A DNA stretch of 64,000 bases from Antedon mediterranea (GCF_964355755.1 NC_092677.1:952101-1016100); one strand, 5' to 3'. Shown: positions 26,485-39,051, counted from the stretch's first letter. Numbers and translations are program-made. Notes: generated by a model from the sequence alone, not told the origin.

Positions 26485-26556
26485 GCCCCAGTGGTCTAAT
26501 GGTTAGGACATCTGCATATCAAGCAGGCGGTCCGAGTTCGAGTCTCGGTTGGGGCG
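26485..26556 (+). tRNA. tRNA-like cloverleaf with anticodon ATC (Asp-like), repeat-borne
   Basis: 72 nt; acceptor GCCCCAG/TTGGGGC, D stem GTCT/GGAC, anticodon stem TCTGC/GCAGG with loop ATATCAA, T arm CCGAG-TTCGAGT-CTCGG; TTTTT just downstream. Confidence 0.55.
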
Positions 26557-27847
26557 ACTTTTTCTCATTCTCACAGATGTCCTCATCTTTATCGTTTCAA
26601 ATTAATTAATTAAATTTCAGTATATCACCGGGCGGTTTCGAATTAATGTTCATTGCCTAATGTGTTTATATATATATATATATAAATTAATTTATGTACA
26701 CATTCTTATATTATATATATTGCATATTTGTGTGACCATGAAGACAGGATAGAAAACAGCTCACATATACTGTGTATAATTAGTCGAATAATCTTCCACC
26801 GTTTCAGATGATAACATAATTTATTGAATATACAATTAAATCGGTGGCATATGCTATTCATAAGAATACAAATACGAACAACAAACAGATACAATGGGAT
26901 CATGCCCGAGAACAATAAAATAAAAATAATAATTCAAAACGCACCGATGACTGAAAGCCGATTCCATCCTACCGGTGTGTGGTCGAAGCCGGTCGCACTT
27001 CGCTCTTAAAAAAAAAACCACTGAATTTTTTATAAATAGGCCTATAACTGAGAAATGCAGTAAAAGTAACAAAATTAAATACACATTTATAAAAGGGAAT
27101 TCAATAACTGAAATCGTTACATACACATTTATAAGGTGTCTGTAGTTGTAGAGTGTTAAAAGATGTCGTTTTTTCTCAAACTAATTTGAATATTGCTGGA
27201 AAGCGGATATTGTTTCCAACAAATATAGTTTGATTAATTATTCTATGTGACTTTTAATAATAACAACGTAGTTTGGATTTATATTGCGATAATCACAAAC
27301 CATACGTAAAAATCAAAGGGAACTTTTAGACGTTAAAAACACCGTAATTCGTTTCTTTACCATATCGATTGGTAGTTTGTAAAGGTAGTTGATATGGGGT
27401 TAAAAGGCATTCGCCTAAACTTTCCCATTATAACTAAACTAAACTAAAAGGCAGGGTGTGTGACCGAAACGGCCGCCGACTGAAACGGCCGCCAACATTT
27501 TCTATGGGACGCCAATACCGCCGCAGGCAGCAGTAGAACACTGACTTTTCTTTATTTCGTGTAAACTTTTTTTGAGGAAAACTAATTGATTAAATTTTTT
27601 TTTTAAACTTCTTAAGACTTTTTCACTGTATAATAATATCAAATGCAAACATTCTGCTTGCTGCACTTCATCTGACGTTCAAAGAGACAGGCATGCCAAT
27701 TAACATTGGCATTGTGCACAGATGACTTTATATTGTGTGGTACCCGCTTTGACAAAAATAACACTGTTATACAAATTATTTTGAACGCTACGCAAATGAT
27801 ACCATGACCCGTAGCATTTTCTTTTTCCGAAAAACAGAAATTTAGAC

Positions 27848-27868
27848 CATGGAGGTTATACCTCCATG
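27848..27868. mobile_element. 21-bp palindromic P-like remnant
   Basis: CATGGAGGTTATACCTCCATG flanked by 7-bp direct repeat TTTAGAC. Confidence 0.6.
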
Positions 27869-27930
27869 TTTAGACTACTAAAAATAAAATAGATTTAGAA
27901 TTTAAAAAGCTATCCAACGAAACAAAACAA

Positions 27931-29001
27931 TACGGTGGCCTATAAGTGTCACGGCAACTTTCAAAAAATATCACGGCAATTTTTTCAAAAAAAGCCACGG
28001 CAATTTGAAAAAAACCACGGCAATTTGAAAAAAGCCACATCAAATTAAAAATAAAACATCACAGCAAATTAAAAATAAAACATCGCGGCAATTTAACAAA
28101 AATACCATGGCAACTTAAAAATTAAACATCTCGGCAAATTAGTATTGAAACACCACGGCAAATTAATAATGAAACACCACGGCAAATTACAGAATGCCAC
28201 GGCGGAAGTGAGTTACCACGGCGGAAGTGAAACCTTTGGAATCTTCGATTTTTTCTGAGGTAAGTAATTATTTGTGCATCCCATTGATGTAAGTATTATA
28301 TTAATTTATTTAAATACAGCAGTTTACGTGTTTATTGCACTCTTCTTGAACTTTCTAGGCCGGGCTAGACCATAGGCCTTATTACAAGGTAGGCCTAGAC
28401 CCTATAACATTCTACAATGTTTTAATATATTTACAGTAATCTGTTTTTTATATAACAAGTTTTTTTTACAGTAGACCTACCTACTACTGTAGGCCTTAGG
28501 CTAGTAGTAGGCATAGCTAGGCCTAGTGCAATAAACACGTAAATGCTGCAGTTAAATAAATTAATATAATAATATTTACTTCAATGCAAAAATAATTACT
28601 TACCTCAGAAAAAAATCGAAGATTCCAAAGGTTTCACTTCCGCCGTGGTAACTCACTTCCGCCGTGACATTCTGTAATTTACCGTGGTGTTTCATTACTA
28701 ATTTGCCGTGGTGTTTCAATACTAATTTGCCGTGGTGTTTCATTTTTAAGTTGCCGTGGTATTTTTGTTAAATTGTCGCGATGTTTTATTTTTAATTTGC
28801 CGTGGTGTTTAATTTTTAAGTTGCCATGGTATTTTTGTTAAATTGTCGCGATGTTTTATTTTTAATTTGCCGTGATGTTTTATTTTTAATTTGCCGTGGC
28901 TTTTTTCAAATTGCCGTGGCTTTTTTCAAATTGCCGTGGCTTTTTTTGAAAGTTGCCGTGATATTTTTTGAAAGTTGCCGTGACACTTATAGGCCACCGT
29001 A
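27931..29001. mobile_element. IS3EU-like foldback element with subterminal CCACGGCAA arrays
   Basis: Termini TACGGTGGCC...GGCCACCGTA; 6-bp TSD AAACAA; arms ~400-470 bp. Confidence 0.8.
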
Positions 29002-29382
29002 AAACAAAGATGTGATTTTATAACAGTATATTTCACCTTTATTCACGGACTATATAGTTATTTTGATTTTAAATAACTCGGAAACTTGACATTGAAGTTA
29101 AGTGTAATCCAGTACCGTACTTATATTCAGTATTACTGTAAGATAATATTATATAATATAATATAAAATATAATATAAAACATATAAATTACTATGTAAC
29201 TATGCGTTTATTGATATGGGTGTAATGGAATAAAATGATCAGTATTACATTTCCTTTCCAATGATACCATGGATGACCAACTTTAGTGTGGACCGTCGGC
29301 CATTTTAAAATAGAAATTGCGGCTGAAAGAGTGGTTGAAAAAAATGGCACCTAACTTTTTTGGATTCAGCATCTCAAGAATA

Positions 29383-29755
29383 GTGAGTCATATGGCCGAG
29401 CGGTTAAGGCAGGGACGCCGTTTACCAACAACAACATCGGCAAGGGTTCGAGGCCGACTCGCTCCTAGTTCTGGTGGTGGAACAAGTCTTCTCGGATAAG
29501 GACTATAAACCGTAGGTCCAGTGTACACAGTTATAACCTGTGTGTACTTTAAAGAAACCCAGTTCATTATTTGAAAAAGAGTAGGCGGTTACCCCGGTGA
29601 ACTGGTTCACACAATAGCCCCTGTATCAGGGGGATTACCACCTATCTGATAGGACAGTGATTATATATTATCTGATAGGACAGTGATTAATTCACTATTG
29701 GTAATCCTTGGCCACATTGCCTAAAGACATAAAATAATAAATAAAATAAATAATA
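29383..29755 (+). mobile_element. tRNA-derived SINE with Deu/Nin-like core
   Basis: A box TGGCCGAGCGG, B box GGTTCGAGGCC, core ctcggataaggactataaaccgtaggtcc...aaagagtagg..ttaccccggtg, A/TAA-rich tail; interrupts a TIR arm. Confidence 0.8.
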
Positions 29756-30104
29756 ACAAAATTAGCTAAAAGAAAATCTATTTTGGCACAAATATCGAGC
29801 TGGAAGACATAATAACCCGTACTATTAAGGTCAAGGCCATATTATATCATTGTTACTTGTAGTGTGTAGTTGTTAACTCGTTGGCTTACTATTATGTACG
29901 TAGCCTATAGTTCCAAGTCGATGTTCGATTGCGCGCGCACACGATACTATAGCGCTTTCAACTTGCTAGCTATCTCTACGTCAGCAACCGATAATGGTAT
30001 ATCCTTTGACTATTCTCGTTGTTTCTGTGTTGTTGTATGCCAAATAAGGATTTTCACCAATGTACATAGCATGCAATTTATTTAACAAAAACTTTTCAAG
30101 ATAG

Positions 30105-30165
30105 TCACTTGTATCATTTGTATTTATTTATATAGTTATCACATCGTATTATTTATTCTACTCAG
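30105..30165 (+). CDS. Candidate signal-peptide exon of Ig receptor gene 1
   Basis: SLVSFVFIYIVITSYYLFYS with phase-1 CAG|GTACAA donor compatible with the V exon; no in-frame ATG (preceded by ATAG). Confidence 0.35.
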
Positions 30166-32219
30166 GTACAAAACATATCTCGAAATTGTTAACAATTTTG
30201 ACAATAAAGTTATCTTGTATCTTGTATCTTGTAAGAATTTTTATCATGTATTGTAATATTACAATTCCTATAATGTTTAGTCCATTAGTAATTAGTTTCA
30301 CTCTATCATTTCGATTATTTAGATAAATTCTTCATAAGTTCCGTATTTTTTGGACACCAATTATACTTTCTGCAGCGATTTTCTTAAGTATGGCTATACA
30401 GGTCTGATCATCTCTAAAAAAAGCTTTTCCCTGTTGGTATTTGATAAGCCTTCAGAAAAAAACTGGTTTCACTACACTATGTTCTCTGTTTACTGTTTGC
30501 CCGTTCATCGTGTTGATTACGTCACCGGCTGCCGGTGCAGCACTTACTCTTTACATTCCTTTGTTAGTCCCGTTTCTATGGGCTTTTGTAGCCATTGTTT
30601 GGCTTTCACCGGGCTTTAGACTCCTAGACGTGAACGATATACAAACAAACTGGTTTTTTTCTAATATTTCTTTGAGATAGAACTTACACCTTAACAAGAC
30701 TTGATTTAACTTGACTTATTCACTGTGTTAACTTAGAAATCAATCGAGATTAAAACGTCAAATTTTACCTATATTTCAGGAGCTGTAAAAAGCTATACCT
30801 TGGTGAAGTAAAATCACAGCGACCTTATTATAAATACTGTAGTTAATTTACATTTACATTTCAATCTACACAATAATTATGAAAATAGCATGCTAAAACA
30901 ATGTATAGCATACATTTTCTTTGTTCCCGCATGCGCATCGAGGCCTTGCTCGTTAACACTTATATGGCGAATCTATATATAAATTATGGTTAATTCTGAC
31001 ATAGGCGAGCACAATGCAAAAACTTCGGTACAAATCTCCGCCTTGGATACCTACCTTATCTATCTGAGATGTACCGCGAAACGTAGATTTGATAACATTA
31101 GTGTTCACAGCGACGCTATTGTTCCATATTTCTATCTTAGGAAGATGTTATAAAGAGTTTTTTAACACAATTTATGATTTCAACATTAGATTTTCATCTC
31201 AATTTCAATTCTTCCCGGTCAAAGTAATTTCCGGGTTTAAGATAAGTTCACCTAGCAACAACCTGGTTTCAAATATTTTCTCTCTTTTATACACAAGGGA
31301 GCAGTTAAAATAATAGATTTGACCCTAAAGGTGATTGGAAACAGGCACTTTCCATCAGTCAATACAGTGTCCCTTTGGAAGACGACAAAAAAACCCAGAT
31401 ATATTTGGCCATTAATCATAGCCATTTCAGTTTTTTGTTTATTTTAAAACATACCGCGCGTGTGTGAAGGTACAGTAGTTAAATAATAGGAATTATAATG
31501 CAAATTAATAAAGATCAAATTAAATATACACCATAAAGAATCAGAATATATTGTGGGGAATAGTATTATAAAATTACATAGGGAGATTTGATGATAAGAC
31601 ATTTTTCGAGTGAAATCCCGATAGCTGAGTTTTATTGAGTAAGCTTGCAAGAATAACTGTAGGCTATCTTCCTGTGTCCCGTTAGGACCGAGATGTCTGC
31701 CCATGTTGCAAGCCGTAATGTCTTCTTTCTTGGGCCCACTCTGTCACGGCAGTTAGTTTCAAAAGATGATTAAATTAAATAATGTATTAATAATTATTAG
31801 GATGGTATTCATTTGAATAAACGCCTCTCCAATAAAACATCACTTTGAATAATAACCCCCCCCCCCCCACCCCAACCCAACTATCTAATAAACGTCCATC
31901 CACATATTTATAACAACACAATTATACTATTTGTAGTAGAATTCACCGCACTGTTATTTACAATTTACCAAGCATTTGTTATTCTTTTTTAGCACTTTTC
32001 ATATCTATTAGAGGATTTCATTTGATTATAAATGTTACCATATTATTAAAACTACAAAATTTAACATATATCCCTCGAATAAGCACCTCCCTCAAATGAC
32101 CTCCGCCTCCCCAAAGGGCCCTACCAAACAATAAAAACTGTACTTTAAAATGTCATTAATCATCTAAAACACTGTGAAACAAAGTAGTTTAGTTTTACGA
32201 ATGTCAAGCATTTTCAATA

Positions 32220-32320
32220 ATGGTAACCGACAGAAAACGTATAAGGAGAACATTATCATTCCGAGAACCATCGTCTACACTTCCTAGAGGGGGAGCAAGC
32301 GAAGCGAGCTCACCCTCTAG
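32220..32320 (+). mobile_element. Helitron 3'-end fragment
   Basis: Hairpin ctagagggggagc...gctcaccctCTAG|T; 5' limit approximate. Confidence 0.5.
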
Positions 32321-32536
32321 TAATAATAATAATAAGCTTTATTTATTCACGGATACTTAACTCAACTGAAAGTTGTTTTTCAGTAAGTCCGTGCTCAAAA
32401 GAAAACACCAACAAAAACAAATGTAAAAAGATCATAATTACTACTAAAACAGATAATAAAAATAAGTATCTTCATTCTTTATATAAATGATAAGCTCATT
32501 TTGATGAATGAATTAAATTATTCTAATTTGTCCTAG

Positions 32537-32887
32537 TTTTATTTAGTACATGCACTGGTGTGACTGTAACTATTGATATCTTGGGAGATGTGATTGAAGG
32601 TTCTGAAACGAGAATGATATGTAACTACAATCCTACAAGTGGTGGGACTATTATCATAACATGGAGTAATGTCACAGGAGGGGCATCTGAATCTATAGCA
32701 ACAACTGTTGTGGGTGTATCTAAAGATGTGCAGCCTGCCTACAGTGCTATCTTTAGTCTTGATCCAAATGATGATAGAGCTCTTGTGATTGCTAACACTT
32801 TACGTAGTTACAGTGGTGATTACGAATGTGATGTTGTTATTACTGGTGTATCTTCTGGCAAGGATGATGTTACTCTGAATGTTATAT
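32537..32887 (+). CDS. Ig receptor gene 1, V-type Ig exon
   Basis: tcctag| acceptor, T|gtaagt donor, phase 1/1; MICNY..ITW..ALVI..SGDYECDV..VTLNV. Confidence 0.9.
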
Positions 32888-33270
32888 GTAAGTTATTTTG
32901 AAGAGCAAATAACTTAACTGTAGAGTACGTAGGCAAGTTATACAATTATTGATTATTAATGTATGATGTCAAAAGTTTTAAATAATAATTAAAACTATAA
33001 TTTAATTTGTCACTTTGACGAATTATAGGTGATCATTGTGATAAGATAATTTTACTGATATTTAATTTGTTTTTTATATGTTTAATTATGAGCCCAAAAC
33101 GATGATGTATTTCAATTGATTGTGGCTATTAATGCGTAATGACTTATGATGTTATTTACTTGATATTTGAGCATGCTATTTAGTTCCACACTAAATATTA
33201 TCTTTAATACTAATGTGTATGGGGTAGAACCGTTATGTAATCATTTGAGTATCTCAGTCTTGACTTACAG

Positions 33271-33519
33271 ATATAGAGGACCCAGTATTAAGTTTGACTA
33301 CACCTGTGAATGAGGGTGATCACGTAGCATTGTCATGTGATGTTGTTTCCAAACCAAACGCCCTGTTCACTTTTAAGAAGGATGTATCCATTTTACAGCA
33401 AGGAGGCTTGTCTACTTACACCTTCACTGCGGATCGGGACGATCAAGGGAGTTATACGTGTGAGACAAGTAACAGTGCTGGTACTAAAGCTACTGCTGGT
33501 CAGGTTCTAGAGGTGTTTT
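33271..33519 (+). CDS. Ig receptor gene 1, second Ig (I/C2-type) exon
   Basis: ttacag| and |gtaagt, phase 1/1; VNEGDHVALSC..SKP..DQGSYTCETSNSAG. Confidence 0.9.
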
Positions 33520-33614
33520 GTAAGTATGTACTATATCATTCAAATTTAACTAAATTCCTAAAGAATCATTTCTGCATTAAACTTTAAATTCAAATTTAAA
33601 TATAATCTATAATT

Positions 33615-33760
33615 TATCATAGTATGGAGTAATGTCACAGATGGAGCTTCCGATGTAATAGCAATAACTATTGTGGGTGTATCTAAAACGTGCAGGCTTC
33701 CTATATTGATATCTTTAGTCTTGATCCAAATGATGACAGAGTTCTTGTGATTAATACATT
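33615..33760 (+). pseudogene. Intronic diverged partial copy of the V exon
   Basis: WSNVTDGASDVIAITIVGVSK/VQASYIDIFSLDPNDDRVLVI versus WSNVTGGASESIATTVVGVSKDVQPAYSAIFSLDPNDDRALVI; one frameshift; no evident splice sites. Confidence 0.85.
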
Positions 33761-34076
33761 TAATTTTTTTTTAAATATGTTAAAATATGAGAGCAAAACG
33801 CGTATTTCATCCAATGACCTGGCTGCATTTGGTAATTTTCACAATCAGTGTTGTAACTGTTGTACTGTCAAGTCCAACATTTCAAATGAAGTGTACAGTA
33901 TAACAATACTTTTGCAGTAGGCCTATTAAAATCATGGAACTAAATATGAAATTGTAAAAATGTAACTTTTTGGGACTTAATACTTTAGTAGTTTATGTAC
34001 TCATGTCATATCCATGGTAAAACAGCCTGTTGAGAAAAAAAAACATTTTTGTTGTAAACAAAGATAATTGACAAAA

Positions 34077-35398
34077 CTAGATGGTACGCTCGCTTCGCTC
34101 GCGTACCATCTAGGTCGTGCCCACAGATGGTTCTCGAATACACAGTAATTTCAGCGTAACAAAACTGGCGATTTCAAATGTACGTACCGCAGGACTATAG
34201 GCCTATACATTGTCGTTTAGAGAAACGAATAAATAGACACGATGATTTATGTAGTCAACTAAAATTAGCACCCTGGGAATTACTTCCGAAGGAGAAACTT
34301 ATCACAAAATTAGTCCAAGTTTTTGATTTGAACTCATTTAAAGAAACCCAATTTGTGTTTTGTATGTAACATTAGGGTTGAGGGATGGGAAAGCGGATAG
34401 GTACAAAGAGGAACAATTTTTAAATATATTCTTTATCCACTCAGTAACGAAATATTTTTTTCATGTTTTATAGGCCTATAAATAATATACCTCTAAATAC
34501 AGTAAAACATTTGCGATTTAATACTTTTTTTATTTTATTTATTTATTTATTTATTTTAAATATTCATTGTACACTAATTTTCCCCGTGTATGGCAAGAGA
34601 TTCCTAATTATATTAGAGAACATTCTTTATTTAGTTTAGTTAAAACTGTCACTGTCATAATCGATTGAAATATTAAAGTACCATGTCACGATACACCACT
34701 ACGACGTTTATATTTGGTAATTATTAATTAATACAAACGTTGAGAAAGAACTGTCAGTATAAAGTTTATTTGTATATAATAATGTGTTTATATATCTAAC
34801 AGTAGAGCCTATCCACAATCTCGCAAGTTTATTCTCTAAGGGCCCATATATTTACCTACCGTATGTGTTAAACCAAGGGCTCATAAATTTACCTACAGTA
34901 CTTGTGTTAAACCAAACTCTGGCAGACTGAGAGATTGGGATGTTCCATTCATCGCAAATCAATAGATTTGTATAATCGTATATTAAATCTATCAAAATAG
35001 TATTTTTTAAAGAAAATCGGCCTGTCTTCAACATTATGATGGTGTACTCTAGCTGTTCAACCGGTTTTCAGCTATTAAAAACAATTATCGTAGGAGGAGA
35101 TAGGAAAATGCGAAGCCTCCTCGCATTTTTGTGGCGGGTATTTTTCAAGACGGACATCCATTATACAGTGTATACCACGGTCGGAAAACACCCCTATTTG
35201 GGGCAAATCTTGGAACCTAAATTCGTTTTAACCGTCAATAACTTATTATCTAACTTAATTTAATTAGTAAACAGGGTTACATCAGGTGGTTAAAATCAGT
35301 ACCGAAAGTACGAACCAACTTTATATACCATCGAGTAAAAATTCTAGAAGTAAGGCGCGATTTACCGAATTTTGCCCTTACGTAAATTTATATATAGA
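34077..35398 (-). mobile_element. Non-autonomous Helitron (intronic)
   Basis: On the - strand A|TC...hairpin-CTAG|T; reverse-complement match to both ends of 43555-49552. Confidence 0.85.
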
Positions 35399-35951
35399 TA
35401 TCTGCAATGAATTTACCCAAAAATCATTTTTGGGGTTGGTTGACAAGGTACTTAATTAAGTGATTTGTATACATTATTTTTATTGGCAAATTTGAAATTT
35501 GAAAGACATTTTTTTAATAGAGAGTAATCTAAATCAATCCCATTGCATGATTGCACCTTAAAAATATACAAGTTTTAAAAGAATTCACAAATTATTTACC
35601 AAGTTGAACATTTTATATGTTGGTGTTTCGGAGGTTACGGTTAACAATTGTACTTGTTTCAGAGGTTACACTTACTGTTTACAATATAAAAAAAACATTT
35701 TGTGATGCAAAATTTTGGTCCAATATTTCACTATTACACTAACACTAACCTACTGTCCGTATGGTAATCGCATTAAATGATTTAGGAACCTAATTATTAT
35801 TGTATCAAGTGGCAAGTAATACATAATACTATGAAACACATTAAACATTTTATATTGAATTGAGCATTCCCTCAAAGAACAAATAACTACATTTTAACAA
35901 CTAGCAATGTCAATTGCAAAACAACTTTTAAATGGTGTAAATTATAGGTTA

Positions 35952-36340
35952 CTAGATGGTTCTCGAATACACAGTAATTTCAACATAAAAAAGCTGGCAA
36001 TTTCAAATGTACGTACTGCTGGACTATTACATGTCGTTTGCAGGAACGAATAAATAGACACAGTGATTTATATAGTCAACTAAAATTAGCACCCTGGGAA
36101 TTATTTCCGAAGAGAAATTGTCAGAAAACGAGTCAACATTTTTTAGTTAAATTTAAACAAACCCAATTTGTGTTTTGTATGTAACATTGGGGTTGAGGTA
36201 TGGTGACAAATATATTCTTTATAAAAAATACAGTTCCTTCATAATAAAGTAATTTACTTTCTATGGACCAGAGTTTCCGAAATAAAAGATTGAATGAATG
36301 AATGAATGTATATACCATCGAGTATAAAGTCTAGAAGTCT
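35952..36340 (-). mobile_element. Internally deleted copy of the same Helitron family
   Basis: ctagatggttctcgaatacacagtaatttc...gtaacattggggttgagg matches 34125-34385. Confidence 0.75.
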
Positions 36341-36632
36341 AGTGTGATGCAATGTATCGGATGTGATACAATATTTCTTGATATTTTATATATGTCTTAT
36401 TCCTTGTCTGTGTTTTCTTGTTCACAGTTCAGTTAAATGATATTGAATGTATTTTGTTTTACAACAATAAAGAAACTGAAATATACAGGAAAAAACTTTG
36501 TAATGTTGTAGAATTTTAATTGTTATTAGTTGCACATGGTGAATTTAAAATTGCATCATGAGATGATATATATTTTCGTGAACATTGTAAATTAGTAAAA
36601 TAAGAAATAATAAAAATTGTGTCATCTTACAG

Positions 36633-36899
36633 ATTTTTCAAGTGGTAATGTGGTTAAGATTGATGTCAATAATAAAACCGTTGCTCATAATGTGATCATC
36701 ACATGCGATGGTACTGTAGATGGCAATTCAGTTCCTGATATAAACCTCTATAGCGATAACACTATTATTGAAACACAGACGACATTACCACTAATATACA
36801 CCATACCTACTGTGTCAAAGAATGACAGCGGAATGTACAGATGTGAAGCAAATAACAGTGTTGGAAATGTAACAAGTAGAACAATAACACTTAATTATT
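36633..36899 (+). CDS. Ig receptor gene 1, third Ig exon
   Basis: ttacag| and |gtaagt, phase 1/1; VIITC..DGNSVP..DSGMYRCEANNSVG; several N-x-S/T sites. Confidence 0.9.
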
Positions 36900-37345
36900 G
36901 TAAGTACTATAATAAATATCTCCATGAGTATACCAATTAAAATATAACCATTAAACTGTTTGTTTTCTTAAGTTTATTGAATATTATTATTTTGTGTTTT
37001 ATTTTAGGCCCTATATTGTTATATTCATTGTATTCATTTTTATTCATCGTCAAACACAGTAGAATATAGTAGATAGTTTGAAATTATTTTCGTTTGTTAA
37101 AAGTTAAACATTCAAATAAAAATAATTTTGTTTAAAGGGTCACTATGAAAAAGTATAATACTACTCTAAACACATATAATCATCTATTTGTTTCGAGATA
37201 ATGTTAAAATTAGAAATTAAGTAGAATTGAAATTGAATGTTACGTTAAATATGGAATTATATCCAATATACACAGTTTTTAATACAAAATATCGTGTACT
37301 GAAAAGATTTAAAGACATAAGTAAAAATAAAGCCATTGTTTTCAG

Positions 37346-37600
37346 ATAAACCAATATTTGAACAATATATATATACTGTTGGACACGGTGAGAAATATGT
37401 TATCACAGCTGATGTTAACGCTAACCCTCAAGAGGTATCTTATGTTTGGAGCAGTGATGGTGTTAATGATACAGATATTAATCCTGCAACATTCACATTC
37501 ATTGCGTCATCAGTGGAAGACAACACAATTTATGAAATATCACTAATTGCTACTAATCTTATTGGATCAACTTCCAAGACAATGTGGATCGCAGTCTCAG
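37346..37600 (+). CDS. Ig receptor gene 1, Cys-less Ig-like membrane-proximal exon
   Basis: tttcag| and CAG|gt, phase 1/1; YKP..ITADVNANP..YVW..IATNLIGS. Confidence 0.8.
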
Positions 37601-38353
37601 GTTGTTACTCCAACCAACATTTTTTTTAAATGTATGCATTTCCTTTCAACAAACACGTAAAAAAGTTCCGCCGAAATTTTGGCAACAAACAAATTGTCAT
37701 ACAATTACATCATCATCATAAAAGATAAAAGAAAAGCATCAACGACCATTATGTGCATTTGATAGAACACGAATGTGTTTGTTTTAACTTACAGATAGGA
37801 CATATCTGTATTTGTTTACCAATGTTTTAGTCTGGTAATTTAGCCAATAGGTTTTTAAGTATTAAATACTTAAATTAATTATTAATTCTTAAATTGCATT
37901 TATGCTTTTTATTCTTCAAAGTCAACAAACAGCATTTGTTTATAACAGATGCGGAAAATGTCATAAGGATCTATCAAACAAGTCAATAATAATCCATGCG
38001 ATTTGTGAGCAATAAGCTCAGTGATGTTTCATATCATTTGGTAACATGCCCACGTCCACATAGAAACACTTCATGATATTTAAATTATTTTAGTGTGAGT
38101 GTCGTAGAACAGTATTAAAACCTTATTTTAATGATATTTACTGTGTCACAAGTCCAACACTAAATATTAACTGAACAACCCTCTAAACTAAATAATCCAT
38201 AGCAATTGTCTGTAGACATAAGTCCGTACGAGATTCGATTGAATAAACCTACAGTATTCAAATACCAACTGAAAATAACTTATTTTGACACTAATTGGTA
38301 TAGTTCATTTGTACTGATACCATTTATATGTAACTTTTTACGTTACTTTTCAG

Positions 38354-38475
38354 AGAAAACAGTTGAACCGCGTAATATCAATACAGGGCTGATAATTGGA
38401 ATGCTCTTTGTTGGCATCTTCATTGGTGCCGTAGGATTGTATATTGGACAAATTATTCACAATAAGATAAGGAAG
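38354..38475 (+). CDS. Ig receptor gene 1, transmembrane exon
   Basis: EKTVEPRNINTGLIIGMLFVGIFIGAVGLYIGQIIHNKIRK; phase 1/0. Confidence 0.88.
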
Positions 38476-38738
38476 GTTAGTTAGATTTGTAATTCTAAAA
38501 CTTGCAAAACTAGTGACAATATTCGAATGCTTGAGTATCTCCAACAATATAGCAAGTAAATACGTAGAATGCTGATTATTGTTGTTCAATTTACACAGGG
38601 AAGGGGTGAGAATAAAGAAAAATTATTTCCACTTTTAATATTTAACTTTCACAAAATTATCCTTTAAGTAAAATAAATCAAATTAAACGACATTTATTAT
38701 GACCAGAATACTATTATATTACTGTAATTTATACTTAG

Positions 38739-38783
38739 AAGTCACTGTCAGAAAAACAAGAAACAGACAAAAGGAAACAAGAA
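38739..38783 (+). CDS. Ig receptor gene 1, short cytoplasmic exon
   Basis: cttag|KSLSEKQETDKRKQE|gtaagt; homologous exon at 53467-53508. Confidence 0.75.
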
Positions 38784-39051
38784 GTAAGTATTGATCTGTA
38801 AAGACGATCAACAAAACGAGTCAAATGACAGGATATATCACACTCATTACTTAAAGAATAAACTAAACTAAAGTGATTTGGTCTAATTTGACTCCCGATT
38901 AAACGTACTGTTAAACTCTCTGGTTTAAATTAATGTATTATTTTTAGTGTATTGGAGGTATGCACTCTCGCTTTGTAGTTTTTAGTGTATTGCACTTTAT
39001 TTATTGCCATACAGAACAATACTTTTGTAATTTTAATTTGCTTTCTGACAG

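Larger units (their letters stand above)
25800..26670 (+). repeat. Two tandem copies of a ~350-bp (TA)n-flanked repeat, each with an internal tRNA-like gene
   Basis: gtgaataaaaatac...cattgcctaatgtgttta(TA)n at ~25800-26305 and ~26312-26670. Confidence 0.85.
24588..29803. mobile_element. Unclassified TIR element hosting nested insertions
   Basis: tccagctcgatatttgtgccaa...aaagttaggtgccattttt...ttcagccgc at 24588-24740 is the reverse complement of 29280-29382 plus 29756-29803; TSD not resolved. Confidence 0.6.

Noticed and set aside
29383-29462. Functional tRNA gene
   Set aside because: The anticodon arm does not fold and it runs into a SINE core and tail
32537-33760. RAG-type V(D)J rearrangement of the V exons
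   Set aside because: The V exon already includes its last strand; I saw no heptamer/nonamer signals or J segments
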